64,000 bases of DNA, taken from NCBI RefSeq assembly GCF_963506605.1, contig NC_083288.1:42222001-42286000 (forward strand). The letters are read 5' to 3'. How positions within the stretch are numbered: the first letter of the stretch is position 1; each line of letters starts with the position of its first letter. Under the pieces are notes generated by a model, which searched no databases, was not told the DNA's origin, and saw only the letters and a list, made by a program, of their open reading frames with translations. Made by a program: the position numbers and the translations under genes. Below are positions 46,835-60,700 of the stretch, piece by piece. Origin of the DNA: Zootoca vivipara. Its lineage: Eukaryota.

Positions 46835-49800
46835 ATGGTGGAATTATTGGTCTTGCTGCTGATTCTATTTCCTAATGCAATATGCAAACCTCCCATTGTT
46901 AAATGCCACATCCATGATCCACACACTCCACTTCATCAGTATCATCAGGAAGGAGACCTCATCCTTGGTGGCATAGCCTCTCACAGCATCATCGTCTCCA
47001 GTTCAATAGTCTTCAGTGAAAAACCCCCACCAACATTGCTTGAAGAGCTAAAGTAAGACCTGTATAATTTCACTTCTACATTTTGATTCCCACTTTGGAC
47101 ACTGCAGAAATGAATTTTAGAGGAGGGGTGGATAAACTGTGGCCGTGCGGTGGTTGTTTGACTCCTTCAGTTGCATTAATAATAATGGACATGGTTGGAC
47201 AGCAACACCTGGAGGGCCACAGTTCTGCACCCTTGTCCTAGAGGCAGAACTACTGTTTGGGTCGAAGGAGATGTGATGTGGGAGAAATGTGGTCAGGAGG
47301 ATCTCCACTAGTTTAAAGAAATTGTTTCCACTTTCCACACTGAGTTAAACATTCAGGTATCATATGAAGACTGTAATTTTGTTGTAGAAATGATTGCATC
47401 ACTTTTGCTTCAGGGCCCCAAGAGAGTGAAATAAGGACAGTACTTCTACAGAGATGATAAAGCCAGCATTAAAAATGTACATCATGGATATTTTAAAATC
47501 TGGGGTCCCCTCCCATAGAATTTTCCCCTACATTCCTTTTCTACCATTGTAGGCAAGACTGGGGATCAATTGTAGTGATACATGTTCAGGAGCTCCCTCT
47601 CCCTGCAAAAACAAAAACCTTAAATAATTGCAGTAATAAATAATACTAATTAGGATGATGTAGAACTGAGCAGTGAGAAAATTTACAAAGTGTTACATGC
47701 CCTCCTGATAGAAAACAAAACTCTCTTTTTAGTGTGGTACCTAAGAACTACCAGCATATCCTGGCCTTGCAATTTGCAGTGAAGGAGATCAATGAAAACC
47801 CTCAGCTCTTACCCAATGTCACTTTAGGCTTCTGCATCTATGACAGTTATTTCAATGCCAAATGGACCTCTCATGCCACAATGTTACTCATATCCCCATT
47901 TGCCCCCAACTACATCTGTGACACCAATAAAAACTTGATAGCCATCATTGGAGGACTGGACCCCCAAACTTCCCTTCATGTGGCAACAATCTTGGATATC
48001 TATAAGTTTCCACAGGTGAGATACGTATCTCTTTGTCATCTTGTGGGAATTTAACACATCTAGATATATTTGGATTAATAAATGTGGACATTTCAAATAA
48101 TCATGTGGGCCATGCTAATGGCAGATCCAAACTAAGAAATAAACCCTAGATAGCACGCAAGTTATTGTTGTGGGTGTCTCTTTTGGATAGTCATTACCTG
48201 ATATATGATAACAGCTGATTGGCAGGTGACTGTCACTTGGCTTAGCAAAAATAGCATGGGCAGCCCAACTGGCGAGGATTGAAAGGCCCAATTAGAAATT
48301 GCCCCACTGATGCTTGTAATACAAAAATATAATATCTATAAAAGTTATTGTTGCTTCTGTCTCTTTCTCCTCCTACCAAAACTATGTTTAGCTCATATAT
48401 GGCCCTGCTCCAGTGATGAATGATAAAACCCCAGGCCTTTTCTTCTACCAGATGGCGCCCAAAGAAACCCGCCAGTATAAGGGGATCCTGTCTTTGCTTC
48501 TGCATTTCAGATGGATATGGATTGGGATCCTTACCTTCTCTGATGAGAATGCAGAAAGATTTGTGCAAACGGTGGTTCCCCTTTTTTCCCAGAGTGGCAT
48601 CTGTTTTGCTTTCATAGAAAGAAGTCACAAACCTACTTATATTACTGAAATTTTCAGTTTGTTTCAAATGGGGGTAAAAATATATGAAAAAATACATAAT
48701 AGCAAAGCCAATGTGATTTTGTTTTATGGAGAATCAAATTCTTTGGCATATTTTAGATGGTTTCCTTACCAATCAGAACTGGAACAAAGTTCAAATATGC
48801 CAAAAGGTAAAGTGTGGATTATGACAGCTCAGGTGGAGCTCACTTCTTTTGTCTATCAACGGACTTGGGATACAGAAATACTCCATGGGGTTCTCTCATT
48901 CACAACTCACTCAAATGATCCACCAGGATTTCGTCAATTTGTCCAGAGCAAAAACCCTTCCAGCCCAAAAGGTGATGGCTTTATTTTGGACTTCTGGCAA
49001 CAGGCATTTGGCTGTGTATTTCCAAATCAAGTTGTTGGCAGCGTAAAGGGGGATATTTGCACTGGGCAAGAGGAGCTGGAGAGTCTTCCTGGTCCTTTTT
49101 TTGAAATGAGAATGACCAGCCACAGCTACAACATCTACAATGCTGTTTATGCTGTGGCCCATGCTTTACATGCCATGTCTACATCCCATGTCAAACACAG
49201 ACCAGTAATGATCAATGGAGGAATGAAGTTCCACAAACAACCACTGTGGCAGGTACTGGGCTGAACACCCTTCCTGAAAGAGGTTCAAAACATGTTCTGT
49301 TTGCCTTCTCTATCTTTCTGTTAGGTTAACTGTCATTTTTCCTAAGCAACCACGGCAGGTGTCACCAATGTAGGTGCAGCAATGCTCCTGAATTCTTCCC
49401 CAAGTGCCCCCAAACCACTTCCTCAATTCAATGCCCTTTGGCCATGTGATAGTTGCTATATATCTCTTGAAATGCACATAGTGACAAATAGGAACTTCTC
49501 CACATGTTTTTCTTAGTTCAAATACAGCCTACTAGAATTCCCTGCCTATTGACATCAGACAAACACCTTCACTGTATACATTTAGGCACCTGTATTTGTT
49601 CAGGCAAACCTGCCCAGTCACATGGGTGTTGACATTATTTAATCTTTCATTTTACTTCTAGTTTTTTTTAATTTTAAATGTTTTAAATTACTTCTTTTAA
49701 AATGTTGGAACTTAAACTAGAAATACTGGAAGGGAGCAAAAGAAAATGAATTCTATCCACGCACATAGCTGCCAAGTTTTCGCTTTTCTCGCGAGGAAGC

Positions 49801-52800
49801 CTATTCAGCATAAGGGAAAATCCCTGTAAAAAAGGGATAACTTGGCAGCTATGTCCACGCATGATATAGGCAACTTCTAGACTTTGCCTTTATCAATATT
49901 CCTTCTTCAACCCGTTCCTTCAACTATTCATTCCAACCTCTTAGATGAGCATGGGGCTGATTCCCCATTTATCTCTGAAGTTGGAGTATCAAAGAAATAA
50001 TATATCACATAGCATAGATATAGAGTCTATACATTTTATATTTTTGTCATTTCATGACAAAATGAACAGAGCACCCACTTTCTGTTAATAAAGCTTCATA
50101 TGGCTGTGTGTGAATTTGCTGTAGTAGATCTTAATTTAATTTAAAATGAACTTCCAAATGAGACTTAATATATATATATAACAATGAAAAGAAAACTGCT
50201 TTCCTCCAAGGTGGATATTAGAAAAACTGACATGAAAGTGAACATCATGATTGTCTCTTGCTAAATTGAAGCCTTTTCTATACTTTCTCTTTCCTTTTCA
50301 ATCTAGCTTCATCATTTTCTGAGGGGTATCTCATTTAACAACAGCGCTGGGGACAAGATTTCCTTGGACCAGAATGGGGAGATACTAGCTGGATTCGATA
50401 TTACCAATTGGATTGTTTCCGCCAACCAATCCTTTCAGAAAGTGAAAGTTGGAGGGGTGGATTCCCTGGCTCCTCCACAGCAAGCGTTGACCATCAATGA
50501 GGGAGCCATAAAATGGCACAATTGGTTTAACCAGGTAGGATGTTAAGATTAGCCTTTTAAAAAAATGTGAACACTTTAACATAACGTACAAAGATAATTT
50601 CCTTGTTGATTATTCAGCCTTTGTGAAGAAGAGTTTGGATTTGATATCCCGCTTCATCACTACCCGAAGGAGTCTCAAAGCGGCTAACATTCTCCTTTCC
50701 CTTCCTCCCCCACAACAAACACTCTGTGAGGTGAGTGAGGCTGAGAGACTTCAAAGAAGTGTGTCTACCCCAAGGTCACCCGGCAGCTGCATGTGGAGGA
50801 GCGGAGATGCGAACCTGTTTCACCAGATTACGAGTCTACCGTTCTTAACCACTCCACCACACTGGCTCTCACTGAAATTGGATTATAGATGGCACAACCT
50901 ATGAATTATGGTTATAAGCTTCATGCACAGCCTCTATATTGGTTGCAATTACACTGAAAGTAAATATGTTAACTGACAACTTGAAGAAGTGAATACTAAA
51001 CAGATTTTGATAATATTGAATATATTGTTATGAATTTGGAGGATCAGTTTGGATGAAACCCTGGTTCACATTACAATTCTGGGCTCCTGCATCAGTGAGG
51101 GGAGAATAAATAAAGGGAAGTTTGCTGAACTGGTTCCTTTGTCAAGGTAATGGCTTTGACAGGCTAGTTAAGACCTATGGATTGCAGGTATAAATATTTC
51201 AGTTTAAAAATGGTCCATATGTCAATGTTCAGCACTTTATAAACTGTGGCTCTTTTTACAAAATTGGTTTAAAGTTTTTTTCACATTTGTAGACCTCACA
51301 AGGCAGATAATGCATGCCATGTTTCAATGTTTTAGAACAGCATGTGTATAACTTTGAGGCTTAATTTGTGGTAAGGGACACCACCACAACCCTTAATGTC
51401 ACAGTGGCAGAAAGAACCCTGACTATAGAGGATATTAAAAACTTTACTGTCTACATCAGTAACTGCAAAAAACAACAATTTATTTGAGTTTGCAGATGGA
51501 GTCACTCGGAAATGTCAGAAAATGAGTCAAAACGGAATTGAAACAAGCTATTAAGTGAATTGAGGAAATGCTTAACTTCCCCTTTTAGCTTTTCTTTGAG
51601 TCCACTTATTTTATACATCTCTTTCTTTCATTTGTATTCTAGACACAGCCTATCTCTGTATGTACTGAGAGCTGCCGGCCTGGTTTTTGCAGGAAAGTGA
51701 AGGAGGGGGAAGCATTTTGCTGCTACGATTGCATCCCATGTCCAGAAGGGAAGATTTCAGACCAGGAGGGTAAGAAATTTACTGCCTATATTTGTAGCTT
51801 GTTGCCTCTAATTGAGAACATGCATATGGAATCATGCATTCACCAAGATTCCTTTTGACAGTTCATGAAATATTGAGAAATCTTTCAGAAAAGGGACACA
51901 GTGAAAGTGTGGGGGTGGGGTGAGTGATAATTTGTGATTGTTGGTGTTGAATGCTGTTATTAAGGAAGAATCCTATAGAATGATCCACCAGGTTGAACAG
52001 GATTAGTATAAAATGGATTTTCAGATGAGCCAGGAGGATTCTGTAACAACTGGGAGTATGTCATCATATCTCCCCCATCCAGGCTTACAAATAATATATT
52101 TTTCCTTAAAATGATTTTTGAATGTGCATTTACTTTCAGGTAACATGTTTAAACATGTATTTTGATGCCCTTAAACTTCAGAGAATTGTGCCATAATGTT
52201 TAGAGAAGTGTGAAATGCTTAAATCCAGAAAACAGTTGAAAGGTGTTGATGAAGTCTTCAAATGTAAAAATTTGCAAAGTCTCAAGTACACAATTACTCC
52301 TTAATTAAGGAGTAAGTAAATATGAGCAGGTGGTGCTGTGGGTTACACCACAGAGCCTAGGGCTTGCCGATCAGAAGGTTGGCGGTTCAAATCCCCGCGA
52401 CGGGGTGAGCTCCCGTTGCTTGGTCCCTGCTCCTGCCAACCTAGCAGTTCGAAAGCACATCAAACTGCAAGGTAAACGGTGTTTCCATGTGCTGCTCTGG
52501 TTCGCCAGAAGCGGCTTAGTCATGCTGGCCATGTGACCCAAAAGCTGTACGCCGACTCCCTCGGCCAATAACGCAAGATGAGCGCCGCAACCCCAGAGTC
52601 GGTCACGACTGGACCTAATGGTCAGGGGTCCTTTACCTTTAAATATGAGCAACTTGAGCAGTGACAGGAAAATCTGAACAAAATAAAATAAAAAATTCCT
52701 TCCAGTAGCACCTTAGAGACCAACTAAGTTTGTAATTGTTATGAGCTTTTGTGTGCATGCACACTTCTTCAGATACACTGAAAGAGAAGTCACCAGATCC

Positions 52801-54234
52801 CTACATAAAGTAGCTGTCTTATTACAAAAGAATTTCAGAAATAGACTGGAAAGAGAAGTTGCTGAACTGCAATTTATCACCAAATTTAAAACAATGGAGA
52901 AACCTGGTTTAAATAAAAACATTGGATTCTTATCTCATTATACCCATTGCTTTTCCTGTGGAACCAATTTGCATTCATAAACAGTCGTAAAATCTTCCTG
53001 CAAGACCAAATGCAGTCATAAACAGTCCAGTTTCCCACCACCTTTTTGAGTGCTGCCCCTCCCCACCATCTCACTATATGTGGGGATCTGGTGACTTCTG
53101 TTTCAGTGACTTCTATTTCTGGTGACTTCTGTTTCTTTGTGGCCCTCCCTCTTGCATTTTGCCTCAATCAGTATTCTACATCAGATAGGTGAGAAGGACT
53201 TGGTTCCATCATTTTAGTCTTTATTTTTTAAAACTCCTTGTAAACTTTTTAAATCATTCATTTTAATTATGTATTTACAAGCAGTCACATATTGGTCATA
53301 TTTTTGGGATTAAGAACCATGTTTTTCTTTCTCAGACATGAATGACTGCTATGAATGTGAAGATGAAAAGTATCCAAACAAACATAAGACTATATGTATT
53401 CCAAAGCGTGCAACTTTCTTGTCCTTTGAAGAACCTTTAGGCCTCAGCTTAGCCTGTTCTGCTATTTCCTTTGCTTTCATTACAGCACTGGTACTAGAAA
53501 TATTTGTGAAGCACAGGGACACTCCCGTTGTGAAAGCCAACAACCGGGACCTCACCTACGCTCTGCTCATCTCCCTCTTGCTTTGCTTCCTTTCTGCGTT
53601 ACTGTTCATTGGATATCCTGACAAGGTGACGTGTCTCCTCCGACAAACTGCTTTTGGCATCATCTTCTCAGTGGCCGTTTCTTGTGTTCTGGCAAAAACC
53701 ATCACTGTGGTTCTGGCTTTCATGGCCACAAAACCAGGATCCAGGATGAGGAGGTGGGTGGGGAAAGGACTGGCAAACTCTATTGTCCTCTCCTGCTTCC
53801 TTATCCAGGCAGTCATCTGCACTCTATGGCTGGTGAACTCTCCTCCATACCCTAATGCTGACATGAAATCAATGGCTGAAGAAATTGTACTGGAGTGCAA
53901 TGAGGGGACAGTGACCTTCTTTTACTGTGTCTTGGGCTACATGGGCTTCCTAGCTTTGGTCAGTTTCACTGTGGCTTTCCTTGCCCGGAAATTACCTGAC
54001 AGTTTCAACGAAGCCAAGTTCATCACTTTCAGCATGTTGGTCTTTTGCAGTGTTTGGTTATCCTTTGTTCCTGCCTACATGAGCTCAAAGGGGAAATACA
54101 TGGTGGCTGTGGAGATCTTCTCTATCTTAGCCTCCAGTGCTGGGTTGTTGGGTTGCATATTTTCCCCAAAATGTTACATTATTTTGCTAAGGCCTGAGCT
54201 GAACAATAGGGAGCACGTAATAAGAAGAAAATAA
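46835..54234 (+). CDS. Vmn2r: Vomeronasal type-2 receptor gene 4 (intact, about 871 aa)
   Basis: Exons 46835-47052, 47733-48015 (9-bp in-frame deletion), 48392-49252, 50307-50534, 51643-51769, 53336-54234. Confidence 0.92.
49764..49853. mobile_element. 90-bp hAT-type MITE (family of 45209)
   Basis: CATAGCTGCCAAGTT TIRs; perfect 8-bp TSD TCCACGCA. Confidence 0.88.
50625..50871 (-). mobile_element. tRNA-derived SINE
   Basis: Minus-strand head GAGAGCCAGTGTGGTGGAGTGGTTAAG (A box) ..GGTTCGCATCTCC (B box); absent from paralogous introns. Confidence 0.8.
52329..52639 (+). mobile_element. Sauria SINE
   Basis: GGTGGTGCTGTGGGTT..GGCGGTTCAAATCCC head; (ACCTTT)n tail; 12-bp TSD TAAATATGAGCA. Confidence 0.88.
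52681..53120 (+). mobile_element. Penelope-like element 3' end with inverted terminal-repeat piece
   Basis: GIY-YIG C-terminal-like peptide [37 protein letters not shown] preceded by the inverted repeat motif. Confidence 0.8.
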
Positions 54235-56208
54235 TGAACAAATCAAAGCTCTGTGTCTCTGTATATAATATTTAGTTCAGAGACTTGTATGTATCCCTGA
54301 AAACAAGACCCAGAAACCTCCTCTATCTCCTATTTTCAGCTATTCCAAATCCACTGTCTCTTTTCCTCTCCTCACTGGGAAGTCTGCATTTGTTATTCTT
54401 ATACGTTGGCACTGTGCTATTCTGCCCTCATACTCTTTCCCACACCTTTTCAGTAGCAGAGATGTCTAATACAATCTTTTTCCCCTGCATTTGGATGCGT
54501 TAATGTACATCCTGCCCCACTCTGATGGAGGTTCTTAAAGATACGTCTGTGGAAATCCTATAAAAACTGAACATAAAAACAGTCACAAAATATAAGCACT
54601 GAGTACTGAAAGGTTTATGAAGGACATGTTCTGTCTCTCCCCTCCCCCTGCTTTCTTCAATACTTTAAATCTGACAGATAATCTGGATAAAAATGTTTTG
54701 CCATCACATCCACACCAAGGAAGACTCAGGACACTACTTTAAGTTGGGGGAAAGGCTATATTCATTAAATATAACATTAAGGAAAGCTTATTATAATGAT
54801 TTGCCCTTAGCAGCCGAGATAAACAATTACCACGACCACAGGACCACATCAAAGAAAGTGAAAGAGCTAAATAAATTCCCAGCTAATTTAAAGGGAAATA
54901 AATATGTCAAACACTCAATACGTGTTTGAGATTTCAATCATTTTGGGTTGGGCTGGATTCCTCTGGTTTTTTGTCCAATGATGACCTCTGCTTCTTGGCA
55001 ATATGCTCAAATAGCAAATAATAATAAAAAGAGAAGAAACAAAAGATAAAGCTGGAGAATTGCGTGAGGAAGGAGGGGAGAATGGGAAGCTCTTTGGGGG
55101 TTGATTCCCATCCCCCTCAATGCCAGATGGCTTCATTCTTGCTCTTGCTTGTTTTACTCTTCAGGTTGCTTGCCTCTCTGTAGTCAGAGTCTGGATAAAT
55201 GCTTCTGTGTTGTTGCATTTTCAAACCTTTTTTTAGTGGTGAAATTATAAATGTGTACAGGTCAGATGGAGTACCAGCAATTCTCCAGTGGTGTGGAGTA
55301 TGTGTCATTACATGAATTAGTAGTCTCACCTGTTCAACCTCTGTTCCACAACCTTTCAGGGCCAAAAATGATGTGTGTATCGGCTGTCACAGGTCCATCA
55401 GGAACACGCAAAATGCTCGCCGTCTGTACACTTAATTACAATCAGGAATGACTTGGGCTGGGACGGAATCATAAAGGCCTCGTGGGTTGATTGTTGATGT
55501 GCTAGGTTTGGTAGTAAGTTGGCAGGGTACCAAATAAGAGACTGATACCAACTTATCACATTGACAGAAGAGGCTGGGCTTTCTTTCAGCCAGACCTCAG
55601 TTCTGCCACCTCTCAGGTGGTGGCATTCAGGCAGAGTTCCGTCACCTCTGTTTCTTGAAAAGTAGCACCGAAAAGGGGCACTGGGCTGTGTCCTTGGTGG
55701 CACATCATTTTATGAACAACTGAACTGAACAATTGGGGTAGGAATTGAGCACTAGGTTATCAATGAGAAAACGAGACAGATCTTTTGAGCCAATAGGAAT
55801 GAAAAACCTCAAGTGAGTTGGAAACAGGGAAAGAGGCGGTCAGCACATATTTCACTGTAGATTCAGAAGGTCAGGAGACTCCAATGAACTCCACATTAAC
55901 ACCTTCATTCATGTAAGTAGGATTCTCCTTGGAGAATTTTGGGATCATAATATATCTAATGAAATAAAATTCCTATGTAGGGATTCTCCTACCTTGAAAT
56001 ATTACTTTTTTCTAATGGTATACAATCATTCATTGTACATAAACAGCTCATATTCTGCTATTTCTTCTCCTTGCTGTTGAGTATTGTAGCTTTAAATATT
56101 ATATCATTTTATATAGAGTTTAGAATTTGGCTAGGAAAGAGGAAAGTGGGCTGCATATCAGATCTTTCTAACCCTTGGATTCAGCAAATGTTAATATATG
56201 GGCTAATC

Positions 56209-56346
56209 CAGTGTTTCCCAACCAGTGTGCCACCAGATGTTTTGGGACTACAACTCCCATCATCCCTAGCTAGCAAGACCAGTGGTCAGGAATGATGGGA
56301 GTTGTAGTCCCAAAACATCTGGAGGCACACTGGTTGGGAAACACTG
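56209..56346. mobile_element. hAT-type MITE (near-perfect palindrome)
   Basis: CAGTGTTTCCCAACCAGTGTGCC TIRs; perfect 8-bp TSD GGCTAATC. Confidence 0.9.
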
Positions 56347-57746
56347 GGCTAATCTACCTTCCTGTGTTGTGGTGATTGCCTGGGTGATGGGCCATTAGGA
56401 GAACAAGGGAAAGGGGGCTCTATATGAGACACAAAATAGTTGGGGCTACTCCCTCAATTGGTTGGAAGGACCATGCCTGGGTTTAGAGTTCAAAGTTTGC
56501 ACTGATGCGACCTAGAAATAAAGCAGCAAGCTGGAGAAAGAGTCAGAGAGCAAAGTTTGAATGTCTGTTTGAATTCAAGGCTACAGCTAAGAGGAAAAAA
56601 TCTAAAGACATTAGGGGTGTTACTACTGTGAACTCTCCCCCCCCCCATCATAGGCTCAGGAAGTATATAATGTGTAAATGAACCATATATCCTAAAAATG
56701 CCAAACTCTCTGCTGTGTCTCATTCCAAAAGGAAACGCAAAGCCTGGCTGAGTGCCTGAAGACCCGGGAATCTAACACCACTTAGAAACTGAGGTGGTGG
56801 GCAATAATCAGTATGTCTGCATTTAAATTATATTCCTATTTGTAAAGCACAAAGAAAGGGAAAGGGGAGAACAATAATGTATTTGTGTCACAACTGTTTA
56901 AATTTTGGCAAGGAAAAAAGTGACAAAAGGGGATAAGAAAAGGGAGATGCAAGAATAACAAGAAGTAAAATTGAGCATTGGCAATGAATTAAAAATTTGT
57001 TCTGTGTTGGAGAACACATTATTCCTGCTTCATTTTTTTTCCTCCACCATAAAAACTGGTGCTTTTCTCCCATCTATCAGCAAGACAAGTTGACCAACTA
57101 ATGTGATTGCTCTACTTTCTGTGAACTTTGAATCAATGTAAGTAGCTTAAACCCCCCCTCCCATTGCATAGGATTCTTCTTTCCAGATCAGAATTTCAAG
57201 AGGCCAGTGTTATGATCAAACATGCTCATTTCCTCACTCTCTTGAGACCCTAGGGTTGCAATTCCTGTATTTCTTCTTCTTCTTCAAAATCTTATGCAGC
57301 TAAGAGGAAATAAAAAACTCCTGCTAAGAAAGACACACAAGTGACTATCTTCCCTATAATTATCAAAAGAACTATAATTAATGTTCCCACTGTTCGAACC
57401 ACCTCATGGCCTTGCACAGTACACTATCAAAGCTAATTAGAAAGTCTGTGAAAGGTACTATAACTGAGGCTTTCAAAGTCTGGTGCCCTTCAACTGTTTT
57501 GGTTCATAACCCCAACACCTGCAGCTTGCTTTGACTGCTGTGAATTATGGTTGAAAGCATCTGAAGGATACAAGGTTGGAGGAGCCTGATAAAAATATAT
57601 TACCTCCAGCAATCACAGCTAGACTTAGGAATCAGAGACCAGCAAGGATCCATCAATGTCATCGTTATTTTTTCCCCAGTTTTCACAGTCTACTTCCGTC
57701 TCAAAAGCTGTAATAGAACTAGGGACATCTTAGTGCATAGGGGAAA

Positions 57747-60700
57747 ATGGTACCAAGGATGCTGCCATTATTGGTCTTGCTGCTGATTCTACTTCCTAAT
57801 GCAATATGCAAACCTTCCATTGTTAAATGCCACATCCATGATCCACACACTCCACTTCATCAGTATCATCAGGAAGGAGACCTCATCCTTGGTGGCTTAG
57901 CCTCTCACAGCATCATCATCTCCATTTCAATAGCCTTCACTGAAAACCCCCCACCAACATTGCTGGAAGAGCTACAGTAAGAACTGGATGATTTCACTTA
58001 TGCATTTTGATTCCTTCTTTGACACTGGAGTAATCAGTTTTAGAGGAGGGGTGGATAAACTGTGGCCATGCAGTGGTTGTTCGACTCCATCAGTTGCACT
58101 CATAATAATGGACAATGTTGGACAGCAGCATCTGGAGGGGCACAGTTCTGCACCCTTTTCCTAGAGGCAGAATTACTGTTTGGGTCAAAAGAGATGTGAT
58201 GTGGGAGAAATGTGGTCAGGAGGATCTCCAATAGTTTGAAGAAAATGTTGCCACTTTCCCCACTGAGTTAAACATTCAGGTATCATATGAAGACATGTTA
58301 TATTGCTGTGGAAATAACTGCATCAATTTTGCTTCAGGGCCCCAAGAGAGTGAAATAAGGGCAGGGCTTCTTCACAGATTAGGAAGCCAGCATTAAACAT
58401 GTACATCAGGGACAATTGAATGTCTGTGTTCCCTTCCCATAGAATTTCCCCCTACATCTCCTTTCTACCATTGTAGGCGATGAAGTGGATCAATTGAAGT
58501 GATAGCTGTTCAATAGTTACCTTCCCAGCAAAAAAAGTTAAAGAAATTCAGTAATAAATAAAACTAATGAGAATGATGTAGAACTGTTTTGTGATCAATT
58601 TACATGGCCTTCTATTGGTATATGAAACTCTCTTTTTAGAGCGGTGCCTAAGAATTACCAGCACATCTTGGCCTACATCTCTTTTCTACCATTGTAGGTG
58701 ATGAAGTGGATCAATTGAAGTGATAGCTGTTCAATAGTTTTCTCCCCTGCAACAAAACGTTAAATAAATGCAGGAATAAATAATACTAATGAGGATGATG
58801 TAGAATAGAGCTGTGATAAATTTACAAAGTGTTACATGGCCTTCTGCTAGTATATGAAACTCTCTTTTTAGAGCGGTGCCTAAGAATTATCAGCACATCC
58901 TGGCCTTGCAATTTGCAGTGAAGGAGATCAACGAAAACCCTCAGCTCTTACCCAATGTCACTTTAGGCTTCCGCATCTATGACAGCTATTTCAATGCCAA
59001 ATGGACCTCTCATGCCACAATGTTGCTCATATCCACTCTGGAAACATTTGTCCCCAACTACATCTGTGACATCAAGAAAAACTTGATAGCCATCATTGGG
59101 GGACTGGACTCCCAAATTTCCCTTCAAGTGGCAACAATCTTGGATATCTATAAGGTTCCACAGGTGAGAGAGAGATATCTTTGATATGTCATGAGAGCTC
59201 TACACAACCAGATAAAGGTAAAGGTAAGGGGGCCCCTGACCCTTAGGTCCAGTCGTGACCGACTCTGGGGTTGCACGCTCATCTCGCATTATTGGCTGAG
59301 GGAGCCGGCGTATAGCTTCCAGGTCATGTGGCCAGCATGACGAAGCCGCTTCTGGCAAACCAGAGCAGCGCATGGAAATGCTGTTTACCTTCCCACTGTA
59401 GCGGTACCTATTTATCTACCTGCATTTTGACGTGCTTTCGAACTTCTAGGTTGGCAGGATACACAACCAGATAGGTTTGGATAAATAAATGTGCAGATTT
59501 CATATAATCAGGTGGGCCATACTAAGGACAGATCCAAGATAAGAAACAGTCTTGATAGCACATATATTTTTTGCTTCAGATATCCCTTTTGGCCTAGTCA
59601 TTACCTGATTTATAATAACAGCAGATTGGCAGGTGAGTGTCTCTTGGCTTAGCAAAAATAGCATGCACAGGCCAAATGGTGAGGATTGGAAGGCCCAATT
59701 CGAAGTTGCCCCAATGTTGCTCTTAATACACAAATCTAATATATTAAAGTTATTGCTGCTTCTGTCTCTTTCTCCTCCTACCAAAACTATGTTTAGCTCA
59801 TATATGGCCCTGCTCCAGTGATGAATGATAAAACCCCAGGCCTTTTCTTCTACCAGATGGTGCCCAAAGAAACCCGCCAGTATAAGGGGATCCTGTCTTT
59901 GCTTCTGCATTTCAGGTGGATATGGATTGGGATCCTTACCTTCTATGATGAGAATGCAGAAAGATTTGTGCAAACTGTGGTTCCCATTTTTTCGGAGAGC
60001 GGCATCTGTTTTGCCTTCATAGAAAGAAGTCAGAAATATACATATGTCACAGAAATTAACAATATGTTTAAACTGGGGGCAAAAATACATGACAAAATAA
60101 ATGATAGCAAAGCTAATGTAGTGTTGGCTTATGGAGAATCATACGCTCTGGCATTTTTTCGATGGTTGCCTTACCTATCAGAACTGGAACAAAGTTCAAA
60201 GACTACAAAAGGTAAAGTGTGGATTATGACAGCCCAGGTGGAGCTCACTTCTTTTGTCTTTCAACGGACTTGGGATACAGAAATACTCCATGGGGTTCTC
60301 TCATTCACAACTCACTCGAATGATCCACCAGGATTTCGACAATTTGTCCAGAGCAAAACCCCTTCCAGCCCTAAAGGAGATGGCTTCATTTTGGACTTCT
60401 GGCAACAGGCATTTGGCTGTGTGTTTCCAAATCGAGTTGTTGGCAGTGTGACAGGAGATATTTGCACTGGGCAAGAGAATCTGGAAAATATTCCTGGTCC
60501 TTTCTTTGAAATGTCTATGACCAGCCACAGCTACAACATCTACAATGCTGTCTATGCTGTGGCCCATGCTTTACATGCCATGTCTATTTCCCGAGTCAAA
60601 GACAGACCAGTAATGATCAATGGAGGGATGAAGTTTCAGAACCAACATCTGTGGCAGGTAATGGGCTGAACACTGTTCCTGAATTAGCTTCAGAAGCCTT

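Noticed and set aside
50800-50871. tRNA gene on the minus strand
   Set aside because: The A/B boxes belong to a SINE head continuing into a SINE body; no complete cloverleaf.
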